DNA of 63,526 bases, filler included, from Octopus bimaculoides (Eukaryota): NCBI RefSeq assembly GCF_001194135.2. It is 5 parts of 5 records of this genome, joined end to end, with 100 filler letters (N's around TTAATTAATTAA, not from the genome) between each part and the next. Parts side by side here need not be neighbours in the genome. Positions count along the whole stretch, not along the records: positions 1 to 25,326 come from NC_068983.1; 4 more parts are not named here. One strand, written 5' to 3'. The notes below the pieces were generated by a model. It saw only the letters and a program-made list of their open reading frames with translations, ran no database searches and was not told the origin of the DNA. Positions within the stretch are counted from its first letter, which is position 1. Each line of letters opens with the position of its first letter. Positions 1-13,635 of the stretch are shown here, piece by piece. Position numbers and translations under genes: made by a program.

Positions 1-37
<37 letters not shown>

Positions 38-1772
38 TATATATACACACACACATATATCCAGTTATGAGGGAAAATCTCGTATCTTGTGAATTTCCCG
101 AAATCCTCTCCACATTCCCTTGGAGACGACTTTCCCCACAAATTTCTTTATAATCGTAATGTATGCCGTTTAAAATGTATTTCTATAAAATTTCATTGAA
201 AAAAACCCATTTCCTAAAAGTTATGAGGGAAAAACTCGGATCTTGTGAATTTTCCGAGGTCCTCTCCCCACCCTCCCGTTGCTTTGCACCCTACACATCT
301 TTTACACCCATTGCACTATATTTTTCTGATTTTCGTTTCCGGATCAAGTTGTAAACATTAACCAAGAATTTTATTAAGAAATATCCATTTTTCTGAATGT
401 TATGAGGAAACAAAGTCGGTCGGAACACTTGTGTAAGTATGCCGAAAAGTACATAAATGTAAAGAAAAAAGGGTTTACTTTCCCTCTCGATTTGTTCAGC
501 CCATCCCCGATTTCTGTAATTTTTCAACTTAGATATTTTTTCTCAGATATAAGTTTCTGAGATGACTTCAAAGAAAAAGAAACAGAAAAAGCGATCTTTA
601 GATCGTCGAAAAAAGTATAAAATTTAATTTTTTTATCTCTTTCCCTTTCTTCTCAAAAATTCATCACTTTCGCTTTGTTTTCTTTACCCTAAATTTGCTT
701 TCAGTTTTACGTTTTTAAAACACTGGAAGTTGTGATTATGTAAAAATATAAGGTATTCTTTCATTTTATGATCACAAAATGAAAACATTTTACGAATTAT
801 TTAAAATTAAGCTAAAAACCAGATTTTCTTTTCTTTTTTTTCTGTTCATTTCTTTTTACTTTATTCAATAAAAAACGTTTTATTAACAATAAATACCTTG
901 TAATAATCAAGAGTTGATAGTTTGAACTAGAACTTAAAAACATTTTTTTGTCCAATACGTTGAGCAGGTGCGCAAAAATATGCGTTACTTTTTCATATTT
1001 GAAATGATTTTTTTATGTTGGAACAGAAGATAAAGAGAAAATATTTAAAATTAAAAGAACGATAATGTCAGGTATTTGAAGCAGAATTAATATAAATATG
1101 AAAAAAAAGTATAAAGTTCGAAAAAAGGTCAAAAGGAGGTGGGGCAAATAAATCTACCCTCACCCATTAAAAAAAAATGTTTTAATCGATAACTTCAAAT
1201 GTTTAAAACACACATCCGGAAAAATGACGGTTTTCGAGATATTTTCCGACTCTATTCTGTAAGAATGCCAAAAATGAATGTCTCACAACAAACAAAATTA
1301 ATGAATATTTGATGGTTTCAAAGAATAATTTTCGACTTAGTTTTGCAGACTGTCATCAATATAATAAATCTTACAAATTGTATCAAACCAAGAATACTAT
1401 CTAAATATATATACATATAAAAAATAGTTTTTTAATAACTTAATTAATGAGAATTTATTTCTAAGAGCCTTGTAGCACTTGTTACACCTTTACATATATA
1501 TTTTGACTAAAACCGCGGTGTAGCAGGGTTAAAAAAATCATAACTCTAACAAAAGTTACCAAAACAACAAAAAAAAAGTGACGCTAGTGAAAGTAAATAT
1601 ACTAAGAAAGATAGAAAGAGTGGCTAGAGTTAGAAATAGATATAGTAAGATTGTGAGTAGATATGGTATGAGGTATATAGAGAGGAGTTACAAATAGAGT
1701 AGATAGAATAAGAGTAGCTATAGGAAGGGAGTTAGAGAGAGAGAGTAACTGCAGTGAGAGTGATTAAATACC

Positions 1773-1838
1773 ATGGCGTCGTTCGTACTTCGATCTTGTC
1801 TCTTACAGAATGGTAAATTTCTGAAACAAGATGCAAAG
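1773..1838 (+). CDS. SUCLA2: Probable coding exon 1 of SUCLA2 (mitochondrial targeting peptide, MASFVLRSCLLQNGKFLKQDAK)
   Basis: accATGG start context; phase-0 donor AAG|GTTTGA matches the phase-0 start of the exon at 13464; basic/hydroxylated presequence-like composition. No conserved domain, so the assignment rests on context. Confidence 0.6.
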
Positions 1839-4769
1839 GTTTGAATATTTCTCTCTAATAATTCTATTATTTATGTTAGTGTTTATAATTTATTCATGTA
1901 AAGTTTATGTGTCTTAACTTAGCAATCGATATGTATGTGCATATATATATATAGAGAGAGAGAGAGAGAATGATAGTGGAGATTTATCTACTAGTTGAAT
2001 CATAACGTAAATGTTTTGGTGTTTATCTTCGATAGATATTTGTATCATACAGACAGATTCAGCATAAAGTGTGTAACAATGCTGGCCTTCTCTCCGTCCT
2101 TTACATTCTATTGTCATGGGAAAGGAAAAAGCTTAATAAATTGTCCTTCATCCCGCTAAAAAGACGGGATGGTCACGAGTAAAATACCTTTGATGATAGG
2201 TCTGCTCTGTCTAAGCTGACCTAGGGCTAAGCAACAACAACTTAATTCGCTCACAAAATTTGGGTCGACCCGAGTATTATGCTAGAAGACACTTAATATC
2301 GCTAAATGGAACCAAAATCTCATATAATTTATTACATTTCTGGCATACAGCATATGTGCTAATTTCACCGTTTTCATACAAACACAGCCTGCATATAAGC
2401 TATGCAAAATTTTTATTTCTGTAAACAAAGATGAATTCCTTGATACAGTGATGGACGTACTATATTATGACATTGTAGCCTGTGATGGCTAAATGTGTCA
2501 TTGAATGAAGTAGTGATGGACTAGGGATTAGATATGACATTGGGGTCTGGATCGGTCGATTATTACGGATGTTGCTGATTGTTTGTTCCGAAAGGAAGGT
2601 TGAAAAAGCAAAAAAAAAAAAGTTTGCAATTCGTTAAAAAGAAAGAAAGAAAAACTAGATACAAATCAATGTTTATATTAAAGATGTGCCTAGTCACACC
2701 GTTCTCGTTACATACTTTTATCACTGAACTTCGTTCAACCTTGCAGAGGTGACAACCTTGTCCTTTCTACTTAGCTCCTTCATCAGTTCTCTCTTTACAC
2801 CTACATTTTACTTATTACTTTTTGTATGTGTTTTTAAAGGTTATTATTTTATAATAAATGTATATCTATATAATGGACTGTCGTCAATTTCGACGAATCG
2901 GTGTGCCACTTGTTAAAAATGAAACTAATTACTCATTGAATTATACCTATGTAGCTGTGTTTTCCACATGCTCTCAATTAACATGATCTTCAGGCAGAAT
3001 CAGCGTGGCATTGTATCAAGGTTGGACCTTCAAGTCGCAGTTAGAACAGAGAGAGAAACTCTCAGATGCAGATATTGCCTAGGTGTGTGTGTGTGTATGT
3101 GTGCGCGCGCGCTACTCATATCTATTGAAAGGATATATATCATTAATGCAAATATTGATTGTTCATATTTCTAGTATGTGCTAACAAGGTTACTATTGAC
3201 AATACCTTTTATAATGAAAATACTTCTATAAATTAATGTTAACTATAATAAATATCTGTGGCTTTGATACATTAATTAGCCCTTCTACTGATTATACTTC
3301 TAATGGCAAATAGTGCAAGTCGTATTTTTATTATTTTCTTTGACTGCTATTTATGCAGGGAACTTGGCGAAAGTAAAGAATACGTACACCCGGTGTGTCG
3401 TGTTAGGGTTTCTGTTACGCCGAAAACGGATGGTGTACTCTATTATAATTGAGAGCCTCTTAAGACGAGTGCAAGTGAATCCTATCCCAGTTGCTGCAGT
3501 AATGAGTACAGTACGGAAATGCTCCCAGAAACATCTATCGCATTACCAAAAAACAAACTCTGCTAGTTACTTGACCTTGTAATAAAGCATACAAATATAA
3601 CTTCGGTTGCTTAGTCTCTGATAGAGAAAACCACCTTTAAAACAAAAGTAAATAAAGAAAAATTAGGGAAATTAACGAAGAAAACCAGCTGATCTAAATG
3701 ACAGTTCTGCAAGTCAAAACGAAGGATGACTGAAAACCATTCCAACCGTGACCATCTCCTCTTTTTTCTCTCTGAATGGAATCCAAGACAACATCTAACG
3801 TAATCTTTTCAGAGACGGAGTGTGTGCGAGGTATATTGGGTTTTATTTTTTAGCAAACGGAGCGACCAGGTAGTGGCTCTTTCGACAGGACTTGTCACAG
3901 TTATTGGTGGAATACAAATAACTGGAATTGAGTGCAGATGAAAGTAAAGAACATGTTGTTTGACCCTAGGTGAACCCTGATCCAGCAGACTTGTGATCAA
4001 AAACATTCTACCTGTGACCATACCGTCTTTCTTTACATTTAGGACTACATTGTTCAATGTCTTTAATTGTAAGCTTAATGTTTATGGTTCTATATGACAA
4101 TGAAGCTTAGTTACTACCAAAGATTTGAAACAATTATGTGTCATTTAAAATGTTAATTTATATGAAAGATATACTTGCCTTTGTGAAAGTATACTGACGT
4201 AAGATAGAACCAATGACTGTCATATGTAATAGCAGAAATTGAACATACATTTTAATTCAAAATAAGTGGGGTTTGGTTTAATGAAGATTAACAGGTGACT
4301 TAATCTCTTTCATCCATTGCTCCTCCTCTTACACAGAAAATTGCATTAGAAGACACATTACTTCTTGTAAACTATTTGCACTGGACAAAAGCCGTCACTG
4401 TCTTATAGATGTGCTGTTTCTTATCTCTGCTTTCTTTATGGCTACTACAATAAATGCGCTCTGCTCCTCTGAACTCACTAACTGCAATGCACTTCCCACT
4501 TCAGGCTTGTCTTGTTTGTCTCCTCTCAAGACGCTACACTCTTCCAGTTATTCTTTTCCAGAAAGGCAGCCAATCCCTGCCCATGTATTTCTACTAATAT
4601 AAATTCCTAAAAGTTCAGTTAACTGAATGAATCTATATCAGGTTTGCAAATGACCCTCCTCTCCAATTCTTTTTTTCTTTTTTGAAAGCTGTGTTGTTGA
4701 AAGATAAACTTTTTAAAGTTTCCCATTTCAGGATATTTTCAAAGTTCTTATATTATGTGCAGTAGAGTA

Positions 4770-4803
<34 letters not shown>

Positions 4804-5290
4804 CATACATACATACATTATAGTGGGGTAGGCCGGTTTATGGGGTTACCCTGGGTTCCTCACTCATAAGGAGTTTAGCCTTATGGCGTATCTTCAGACC
4901 CCAAACACTGCTGGCCTGAGACCTCTTTAAAATATGGAAGTGGGGAAAAGCCTCGTTTTTAGGCTAAAACCCTAGGTGATTACCTCCCTTTGCCATTGTC
5001 CATCGAATTTATTCATTTATTACTCTAGCTCATCTCTAATCAACCTGCAAACCTGTCACCTGAACATAAACAGGATCATTCAGTCTGCTGTAATGAATTC
5101 ATTAACACATATAAAACATCCAAGGGTATGTTTTTTTCCTTCCAAAGATATTATGCTCAGGTCATATAAATTTAATAATTAATATTTACTGAGTATTAAT
5201 TGAAACAGCTGTAAGGGATGATGATTAATTTCCGTCAATAATAAATATTAACTTCCCAATCTCCATGTTTATATATATATATATATATAT

Positions 5291-5596
5291 AAATTTAAGG
5301 AATGGAGTGAACGCATGTTATAACTGCATACTTTATTCCGACATATGTTTCAAAATTACAATTTATGCGATCCATAGGATCGCATAATGAATTACGTTAT
5401 AACCTTATCCAACTATAGTTCTCATACTCGGTCATAATGTCTTACGTTTAAGATGATCCCCATACATTTCCCTGAGGAGAAGTTTACATTTTTAACATCG
5501 ACGATTCCTATGGATCGCATAAATTGTAATTCTTCAAAACATATGTCGGAATAAAGTATGCAGTTATAACATGCGTTCACTCCATTCCTTAAATTT
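5291..5596. mobile_element. 306-bp palindromic non-autonomous element embedded in (TA)n
   Basis: Arms 5291-5379 and 5506-5596 are near-perfect inverted repeats; TA microsatellite on both sides; a second copy lies at 25135-25326. Confidence 0.8.
5468..5551 (+). ncRNA. Hammerhead-like motif of the same family, G12-to-A core mutation (probably inactive)
   Basis: TTCC-CTGAGGA-GAAG...CTTC-AAA-ACATATGT-C-GGAA; position 5536 is A where G12 is expected. Confidence 0.6.
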
Positions 5597-6324
5597 ATAT
5601 ATNNNNNNNNNNNNNNNNNNNNNNNNNNNNNNNNNNNNNNNNNNNNNNNNNNNNNNNNNNNNNNNNNNNNNNNNNNNNNNNNNNNNNNNNNNNNNNNNNN
5701 NNNNNNNNNNNNNNNNNNNNNNNNNNNNNNNNNNNNNNNNNNNNNTATATGTTTAAGGAAATTAATTCCCACAAAATACCAGGTATTGAACCAGTATTTC
5801 TTTGGATGAAACTATCCCTTCATGAGGTTAACACAACCTCTAACCGAATTTAATATATATACATATTTAATAATATAAAGTAATAATTGATGTTAGTCAA
5901 TTGTTGTTGATCAATATTTCTCCATTATTACTTTTTAATACAAATAGACTGTATCCCATCTAACAGCTGTTTCTGTTTCTAATATTCCACGGTATTGCCA
6001 TTGAAAATTCTGAAAATAATATTCATCATATTTGGTAACACATCCGATCTGGAACATGGAGCTTTATCAGAGTGAAGAAAATACATAAAAGAAAAGATGA
6101 AGAGCCTTAAATGTAATGTTTTATTTATTTACTAGTTGGTGGTTAATCCCTTCCACCTGTTGTTTGAAGTGAGATGGGCCAAGGTTCAGCATTTGATATA
6201 ACTGGTCGGTTGAAATTTAAAAACAAAAGACCAGCTATTGAGACCATTATACGGGTTAAGATAAATAAATGAATGGAAAAATAGTGTATGTTGTGAGGGT
6301 CCCTAAAATGCTTAGGACAGTATA

Positions 6325-6722
6325 TACTCTTTTACTCTCTTTTACTTGTTTCAGTCATTTGACTGCGGCCATGCTGGAGCACCACCTTTAGTCGAGCAAA
6401 TCGATCCCAGGATTTATTTTTTGTAAGTCTAGTACTTATTCTATCAGTCTCTTTTGCTGAACCGCCAGGTTACGGGGACATAAACACACCATCATCGGTT
6501 GTCAAACGATGTTGGGGGGGACAAACACAGACACACAAACATATACACATATACACACATATATACGACAGGCTTCTTTCAGTTTCCGTCTACCAAATCC
6601 ACTCACAAGGCTTTGGTTGGCCCGAGGCTATAGTAGAAGACACTTGCCCAAGGTGCCACACAGTGGGAATGAACCTGGAACCATGTAAGCAAGCTACTTA
6701 CCACACAGCCACTCCTGCGCCT
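6325..6722 (-). mobile_element. tRNA-derived-type SINE, family A
   Basis: Head ggcgcaggagtggctgtgtggtaag...cccactg.gtggcaccttgggcaagtgtcttctactatagcctcggg, internal microsatellite and (AAAGAGT)n-like tail; shared with other copies in the window. Confidence 0.75.
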
Positions 6723-8623
6723 ATATACTAGATTAAAAAAGTAAATATTATCGGATAAATGTTAAGAGAGAAACCTATTCGGACATTTAGGAAATAAGAC
6801 AGTTGGGGGTGAAAATGCTCCAAAAGTTTTTTTTAAGATAGGAATGTGAAATTAGTAAATCAATGAAAAGAATTTATTCTGTAGGAATATTAGGGAAATA
6901 TTTATGGTTAAGAGGAGGTAATAAGTAGGGTAAGTGGCCTAAGTTGGAGTCTGCTGGTCACCCACCCAGTGCACCTAATCAGTGAGCTGACTCGCCCATC
7001 AGACAGCTAATTTCACAACTAATGGAGGATTTTAATTTTTGAAGTTCATCTGAAATCATTCTTTACAGACTTGTATGATAGACATTGTAGAATAGTCAAT
7101 GGATGTCAGATGTTAATCATTGCTGTCACTAATCTTCTCTAGGACATGAGACTACTGATAAGGTAAAACTTGATAAACAAATATTTTTCCATGTATGTAC
7201 TCTAGTACATACATATAAAAGTAGAATATTTTTATAGTTTATTTTTCTTGACAACTTAGTTATTGGTTTAATATCACTTTATAAAATGTATGTTTTTCTT
7301 TCTAAATTTATGTAGATTCTTTTTTTAATTAATGTAATTGTATAGAAAATATGCTTGCTGTAGGGCTTTTTTGTTTACTTTTTAGTAGTAAAATATTTTT
7401 GTGTTGTATCTTATCAGTAGTAAATTCATATTTTTGTTGTCAGGATATTACTTGATCTAGTGGATTTTGACAGTTGTATGGGTAATGAGGAATTGTTTAA
7501 CCCCACCCCAACTCTTATGTCTGTCCTTTTTATCTTTGATGGGAATAGGTGGAGGGGTCATAGTTTATGGATAGTTTTGTGACTGTGTGTGTATAATTAA
7601 TATAAAGACTTGTGTGTTAAAGCTACCACTTAAATTTATCGAAGTTGGTGTTATACTCCAGACCAGTCGTTATTCTTATTTGGCATGTTTTATGAAAAGC
7701 ATTCCAACTATGACCATCCATCTTTTTTGCTGGAGCTACAGTGTGCAACATGTCCTTTCATGGTAGGGTGTGATTAGTGTGATAGTTGTACCTGTTTGAT
7801 TGACTCCATCAAGGTTCTTTCGTTGGCTCAGTTTTTTAAAAATAATAAAATAAGTGGGATGGGTGTGTGATAATTTAACGTCCATTTTTCCTGCTGGCAT
7901 GGGTTGAACAATTTGACAGGAGCTGGTATGGCTGGGGGTCACACCAGGCTCCATTGTCTGTTCTGGCATGGTTTCTATGAGTGGATGCCCTTCCTAATAA
8001 CAACCACTTTACAAGGTATACTGGGTATTTTTTGTGGCACTAGCACCAGTGCGTTTTGCATGCCAGTAGCACCAGTATCGATTTATGTGCATGCGTGTGC
8101 ACACACAAATTATCACAGTCAATAATTAGTGTGCATTGGTTAACATTAACCTCATACTTTTGTTTCTGTCTATCTTTCATTAGAAATACACATATCTTTG
8201 ATGTTAGGTCGTTGTTAATAAGCTTTGGGGAATGTGTTTCCACATTAGCTGAATGTTGTCAGACCACATTTGAACATGCAAGACCTTTTGAGAATCATGA
8301 CTATGTACAAAGTGATATATTTTAGTCATTAGTTTTTATATTGTGAAAGTAGATTCTTAACTTAGCAAGAACTACTTCCTAATGACTGGCCATTCTTTTT
8401 AGGGCCATAAGATATTTAAGCCTCAATATTTATTGATACTCTACAAAGTTCACAATGGAGTATTTCTCTCACATCTGGTATGGTGCTGCTGGTGTACACA
8501 CAAACATCCTAGCCCACATTCAGAAAAAGATGACCTAACTGATTGGTCTCACAAAGTCCAGCTTCTGACCCATGGGTTCTGCTGTCTCCTCTTGCTCTCT
8601 GCTTTTTCTACCAATACTACAAT

Positions 8624-8918
8624 GGTGAAGGCATGTGGTATAGTGGTTAGGGTATTTGGCTTACTATCATAAGGTTGTGAGTTTGATTCCCAGAGGCATG
8701 TGGTGTCAATCTACTCAACTGGCAAAAATGAGTAGTACCTGTATTTCAATGGGCCAGTCACACCACATTATGTGTCACACTGAATCTCCCTGAGAGCTAC
8801 ATTAAGGGTACATGTGTTTGTGGAGTTCTCAGCTACTTGCACATTGATTTCACGAGCAAGCTGTTCTGCTGATTGGATCAACTCGAACCCTTCTCGTTGT
8901 AACCGACAGTGCCAGTTA
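8624..8918 (+). mobile_element. SINE-like element with tRNA-like head (third family)
   Basis: A/B-box-like head tggtatagtggttagg...gtttgattccc followed by a non-tRNA body. Confidence 0.5.
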
Positions 8919-10743
8919 CAAAGGCCTCTGCACGTCAACATTTGGCTGGGATCATGCCACTTCCACTCAGGTATTTCTGTTCTACTTTTCTTTCTTCCTC
9001 TCATAACCCTTTTTGTACCCAGCTCCCTGAGGCCCAGCACTAATCACTATTCCCTGCTTTACCTTTCTAGAATGTTGTCCCTACTGGAATTGCCTTTATG
9101 CTCCTATGTGTCCCACAAGTGTTTGCTTACAAGGGTTGAAGAGGCACTAATCTTATCAGTCTCTGATGGCCTGCAAAAGCCATGAGCACTGTCTGTTTCT
9201 CTAAACCCAGCAAGTAGAAAAAAATATGTATACAATTCTTCAATTGTGAAAGTTATTTATGTGATGGCAAGTCATTAATTATTTACAATTCATTTGTAAA
9301 AATTATCACCTGTGAAAATTTTTTTTATCAAAAAAGGCCCTGCTCATTATAATAGTAACCTAAAAAATCATTGGTAGATTTGAAAACCATGTTGTGTTTT
9401 GCTTGTGCAATTCTGTGAGTTGTTTCAGGGCCCATCTTTCATAAACTTTACTAAGGCCAAGTCTGTTGTGAAGGATTTCATAGGTAGAACCATGATTATT
9501 TTACATATTATTTGCTACTTTATCAATAGGCACCATACCACGGACTTTTTCAGTGTTGTCAGCAAAACAGAATGTGTTTGGACATTTGATTTCTTATTGT
9601 TGTATAGTGATTGTACAACCATTTAAAAACTTTTTCAGTTCATTTGTTGATAGTATGTACTGGCAAAACATTGTTGCCATGCTATATTGAGAGCCTTTGA
9701 TGGACTTCAGCTCCTTATACATAGGAAACAAATCATTGACTGTTGCTCTTCTTTAGAGCAAACAGAAAGCACAATGGCCTTGGTTAACATAGTAATAAAT
9801 TCTTTGAAGTTACATGTTCAGACGTGCAATATAGTTCAAAGAGAAATGCCACATATGGTGATGCACATACACCTAGTTTTTTTTTCTGCCAATAAAAAAA
9901 AAATGATAGATGACTTATCTTTGTATGTTTAGAAATAGGAATGTGTGGTTTGTGTATGAAATGTGGTTTAAGGTCTGATAATGTTATAGATTCTGTTAAA
10001 TGAAATCAGGATGAATATCAATAAACAAATTCAAAGACAAGTTACAATTGACTGTACGGAAACTTTTATTACCATCACTAAAATTAGCAAACTGGTAGGA
10101 CATTAATAACTGTCAATACATTGTATAGATTCAAATACTGATAAAAATGAAAATAATGGGTTAGAAAACCCTGAAGCATAGCATAAAAAATTCTGGTTAC
10201 AATCCTGTTTAAAAATGTTTGTAAGCTGAGAAACATTGTCAAGGATTCTGGTTACGATTATGTTCAAAATGTTGAAGAGACACAAAGCATAGCATCAAGG
10301 ATTCCGGTTACAATTCTGTTCAAAATGTTGAAGCTGCAAAGTGGAATCAAACTGCTCTCACATCAAAGATCCAAAACTGCTCGTAGCAAAAACTCACCTC
10401 CCTAAGAAATTAATGGGCAAAGTGCTTCCATTTTATAGCTGGTGTACAGACACTAGGCTAGTCCATCATGTTTAAAGATGGACGGTCCAAGTAAAGCTAA
10501 ATGGACCTGACCATCATGTGATGAACCAAAATGGGTAGCTAAAAGTAAAAAGCCACAGTGTTGGTAGCTAAAGTGCAAGAGCAATCATGCTTCTGCTACA
10601 TATGTATACACACATACACATCTTTTTAACAAAATATTCAATAAATATACTGGCAAATAAATAATAGACAGACACCAAGTAAATAGCTCACAATATAAGT
10701 ATTCAGACTGAACATTGGTTGCATCAACCATCCACCAATTTGC

Positions 10744-10774
<31 letters not shown>

Positions 10775-12404
10775 CATGAAATTTTATATGTGTACTTATG
10801 TGTTATATATATGGTCAATGGTAATGCTAAACAAGTCAGATGATCAAGGCATTCCAGCTGTGTTCAGTCTATCATTTTCGAGGAAATTAAGATTATGTAA
10901 TGTGTCCTTTCTTTTTGAAGGTTGTGTGTGACTGAAGTGAGATTTGACTGCTCTGTTGAGTAAGTCACACAACCTCTTAGTTTCTTTCTTTGTTAATGGA
11001 CTACTTTGTGATTGTGTATTTAAGTCCTTTGTGAGAGAGATTGTGAACTTAATAGTATATTTATTTACAAAGCTAATCACAGATTTTTGCCTGGTACTTC
11101 ATGCTTTCACTAGATTCTTTTAGATAATGATTTCTGCATACTAGCAACATTCTTAGGATCTACCAATAAACTCTGCTTTTAGGTGGCAGATATCACAATA
11201 TTTATTTCTATGTTAAGATAGTGTTTATGCTTTGATATTATACATTCACTGTTAATGAATATCACTGGAGAATATGCCATTATTTTGACCAGTTTATCTA
11301 AATCAGTGTGTATGTATGTGCACACACATGCATAGCATGTTTTGTGCATAAGCAATGCTTGTTGAGTAAAAATGTAGCATGAGTTGATAATTGCAGAAAA
11401 AAGTGCAAAGAAGACTTAGGATGAAGTAATTGGATATTCCTAACATCAATGTAGATCACAGGATTGATCCACTGACTTTTCTATAACAGCATTTAAAATA
11501 GACATAAATACTTACACTATATATGTCATCATTATAATTTTTATGCTTGTTTTCCATGAGTAAGAGAAGTCAATTTCAATACTGTATCTCTCCACGTGTG
11601 GTTCTTTGAGGGGCTGTGTCCAGAGATGAGCTCTCATCACTTTTGCTCATGTCTTTTGCAATCTTCTTTATCTGCAGACTTCTGCTTTTATCATTTGGTA
11701 TTTTTTCACCCAATTATCATTTTTCACACACATATCAGTGCAATCTCTTGTATATTACTGTGAATACCTTTACTGTATAGTCTCTCTTTCTCTCTCTCTC
11801 CCTCTCTCTCTCTCTCTCTGTTATTTTGTTCATGCAAACTGACTTTATATATCCAGTGGAAGATACTTCATTTTCACCTTTTGCATCCCCCCCCCCCATT
11901 TATCACCCAAAAACTTGCTATGATAATATCATACTTAGTACACAAGCATCATACAGTCAGCCTTTCAGAGAGAAAATCTGTTATACAGAGCTAATTGTGC
12001 CTTGAGGTTTTTTTCCACCCTACCTTTAATCTGGCTTCTATGTCTTCGCAACACCTCACCTCCATTGTTAGATAAAAGAAGTTATCATCTACTTTGAATG
12101 AGCCTTCTAACCATTGAGAGATTTAATTTCTTGTGTACTAACTGCTCCTGTGCATCTATTACATATAAAACCCTTCTTTATCAGCTTACCTGAGATCCCC
12201 CTTTTGTGTACCGTACTCACTGTTTGCAGTGGGTCCACAGTATGGAAATTCCTTCCTACTTCTTTTCTGCATACTGAACATAGCCACTTCCCAGTTGGTT
12301 GACAGTTATTCTCTCTTCTCTGCTAACTTGACCTTTAAGCCTCTTTATTTGAGGCTTTACTTCTATATTAAGAACTTTTCCTTTAATTCTTTAACTGATG
12401 CGGC

Positions 12405-12850
12405 TGAGAACTAGACCATCAGCAATACAGGACTTTCCAGAAGTATCCAGACTCAAATTCCTCTTATGCTATAGAGAACTGTAATAAACAAGAGGGGACC
12501 AAGAGTAGTTCTGATGGACACCTACCTACCTGTTAAATTCCTCACTAAATGTTGCTAAATCTTACTTTACTAACTGCATCCTTCTTTCTACATGACTTGC
12601 ATGACTCTCACAAGCTCTTCTTCTGTTTTTGTGTAGTGACCACCAGAATAATTAAATGTGGGGCCCTATTAAAGTCCTATAAATTCATGAACACTAGCAA
12701 TAAAGTTCAATCTTAATAAAGAATTTCTCTTGCAATAGCCTCACTAGGAAAATGGCATCGGTAGTTCCACTTTTAGTTATAAACCTAAACTGCATCACAG
12801 CTTTGTTATAAGCTCTCTCTGCCACTTTCAAGAATTGGTTCCATAGACAC
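12405..12850 (-). mobile_element. RTE-clade LINE reverse transcriptase fragment
   Basis: QFRFITKSGTTDAIFLVRLLQEKF ... FWWSL ... VGVHQ..SLGPLLFITVL ... IADGLVL, with stops and frameshifts. Confidence 0.75.
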
Positions 12851-13463
12851 ACATGCACATGAACACCACATGCACCCCCCTCTCTCTCTCTGTTAAAAAT
12901 CAAATTCACTTCCCATTAAATTCTACTTTTAATTACCATATTTGTTGGTCTATAAGATGCATGAGTGCATAGGATGCACCCTAGCCTAGGCTATACTTTT
13001 GTAAAATAAATTACCACTAAAATGATGTTTTAATTCTTCCACTTACCTGTATAACTTTGTTACCAGTAATTATAAGCAATTTATTACATCCACATTCGAT
13101 ATAAACATACCGTAGGCAATTGTTTACCAATAGATGACCGCACACATTTTATAAACATACATACCGTTTTGAGCCTACATTGAGTACATTGGATGCAGGG
13201 AGATTTTTTAAGCCATTTTTGGGTAAAAAAGGTGCATCTTATAGGCCATCAAATACGGTAAGCTAAATTCTAGGGTTGTCTCCTACCTTGTCCAGAATTA
13301 GTTATTAAGATAATGATTTTTTTTCTCTTCACTACAGGTGTAATATTAATTACAATTTCTTGATTCATTTCATTATATTGACACACATTACAATTTTATA
13401 TGATGTATGTTATATATGTTGTTTTTTTAATAGACTGATTTAAACTTAATGTTTTAAATTTAG

Positions 13464-13635
13464 GTGCTTTCTTCACTCCTCTCTCTGAATCTAAACCCTC
13501 AATCTCAACAAAAAAGATCTTTGTCTCTCCATGAGCATCTAAGCTTCAAATTATTGGAAGATGGCGGTGTAAAAGTTCCAAATTTTCGAGTTGCTACTAC
13601 TAGTGAAGAAGCTTTTAAACATGCCAAAGATATTG
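13464..13635 (+). CDS. SUCLA2: SUCLA2 exon 2 (VLSSLLSLNLNPQSQQKRSLSLHEHLSFKLLEDGGVKVPNFRVATTSEEAFKHAKDI)
   Basis: Acceptor tttag| at 13461-13463; donor G|GTAAGT at 13636, phase 1. The R-x-LSLHE mature N-terminus is typical of the ADP-forming beta subunit (the GDP form has LNLQE). Confidence 0.93.

Noticed and set aside
2755-2795. CTGATGA cores at about 2780 (-), 14358, 16468, 20972 and 27466
   Set aside because: No stem II/GAAA/UH arrangement; expected by chance.
2968-3174. ORF as an alternative SUCLA2 first exon
   Set aside because: Runs into GA/GT repeats and lacks a good phase-0 donor; 1773-1838 fits better.
10178-10335. Repeat-spacer-like pattern suggesting a CRISPR array
   Set aside because: Eukaryotic intron, only three degenerate units, linkers partly homologous, no cas genes.
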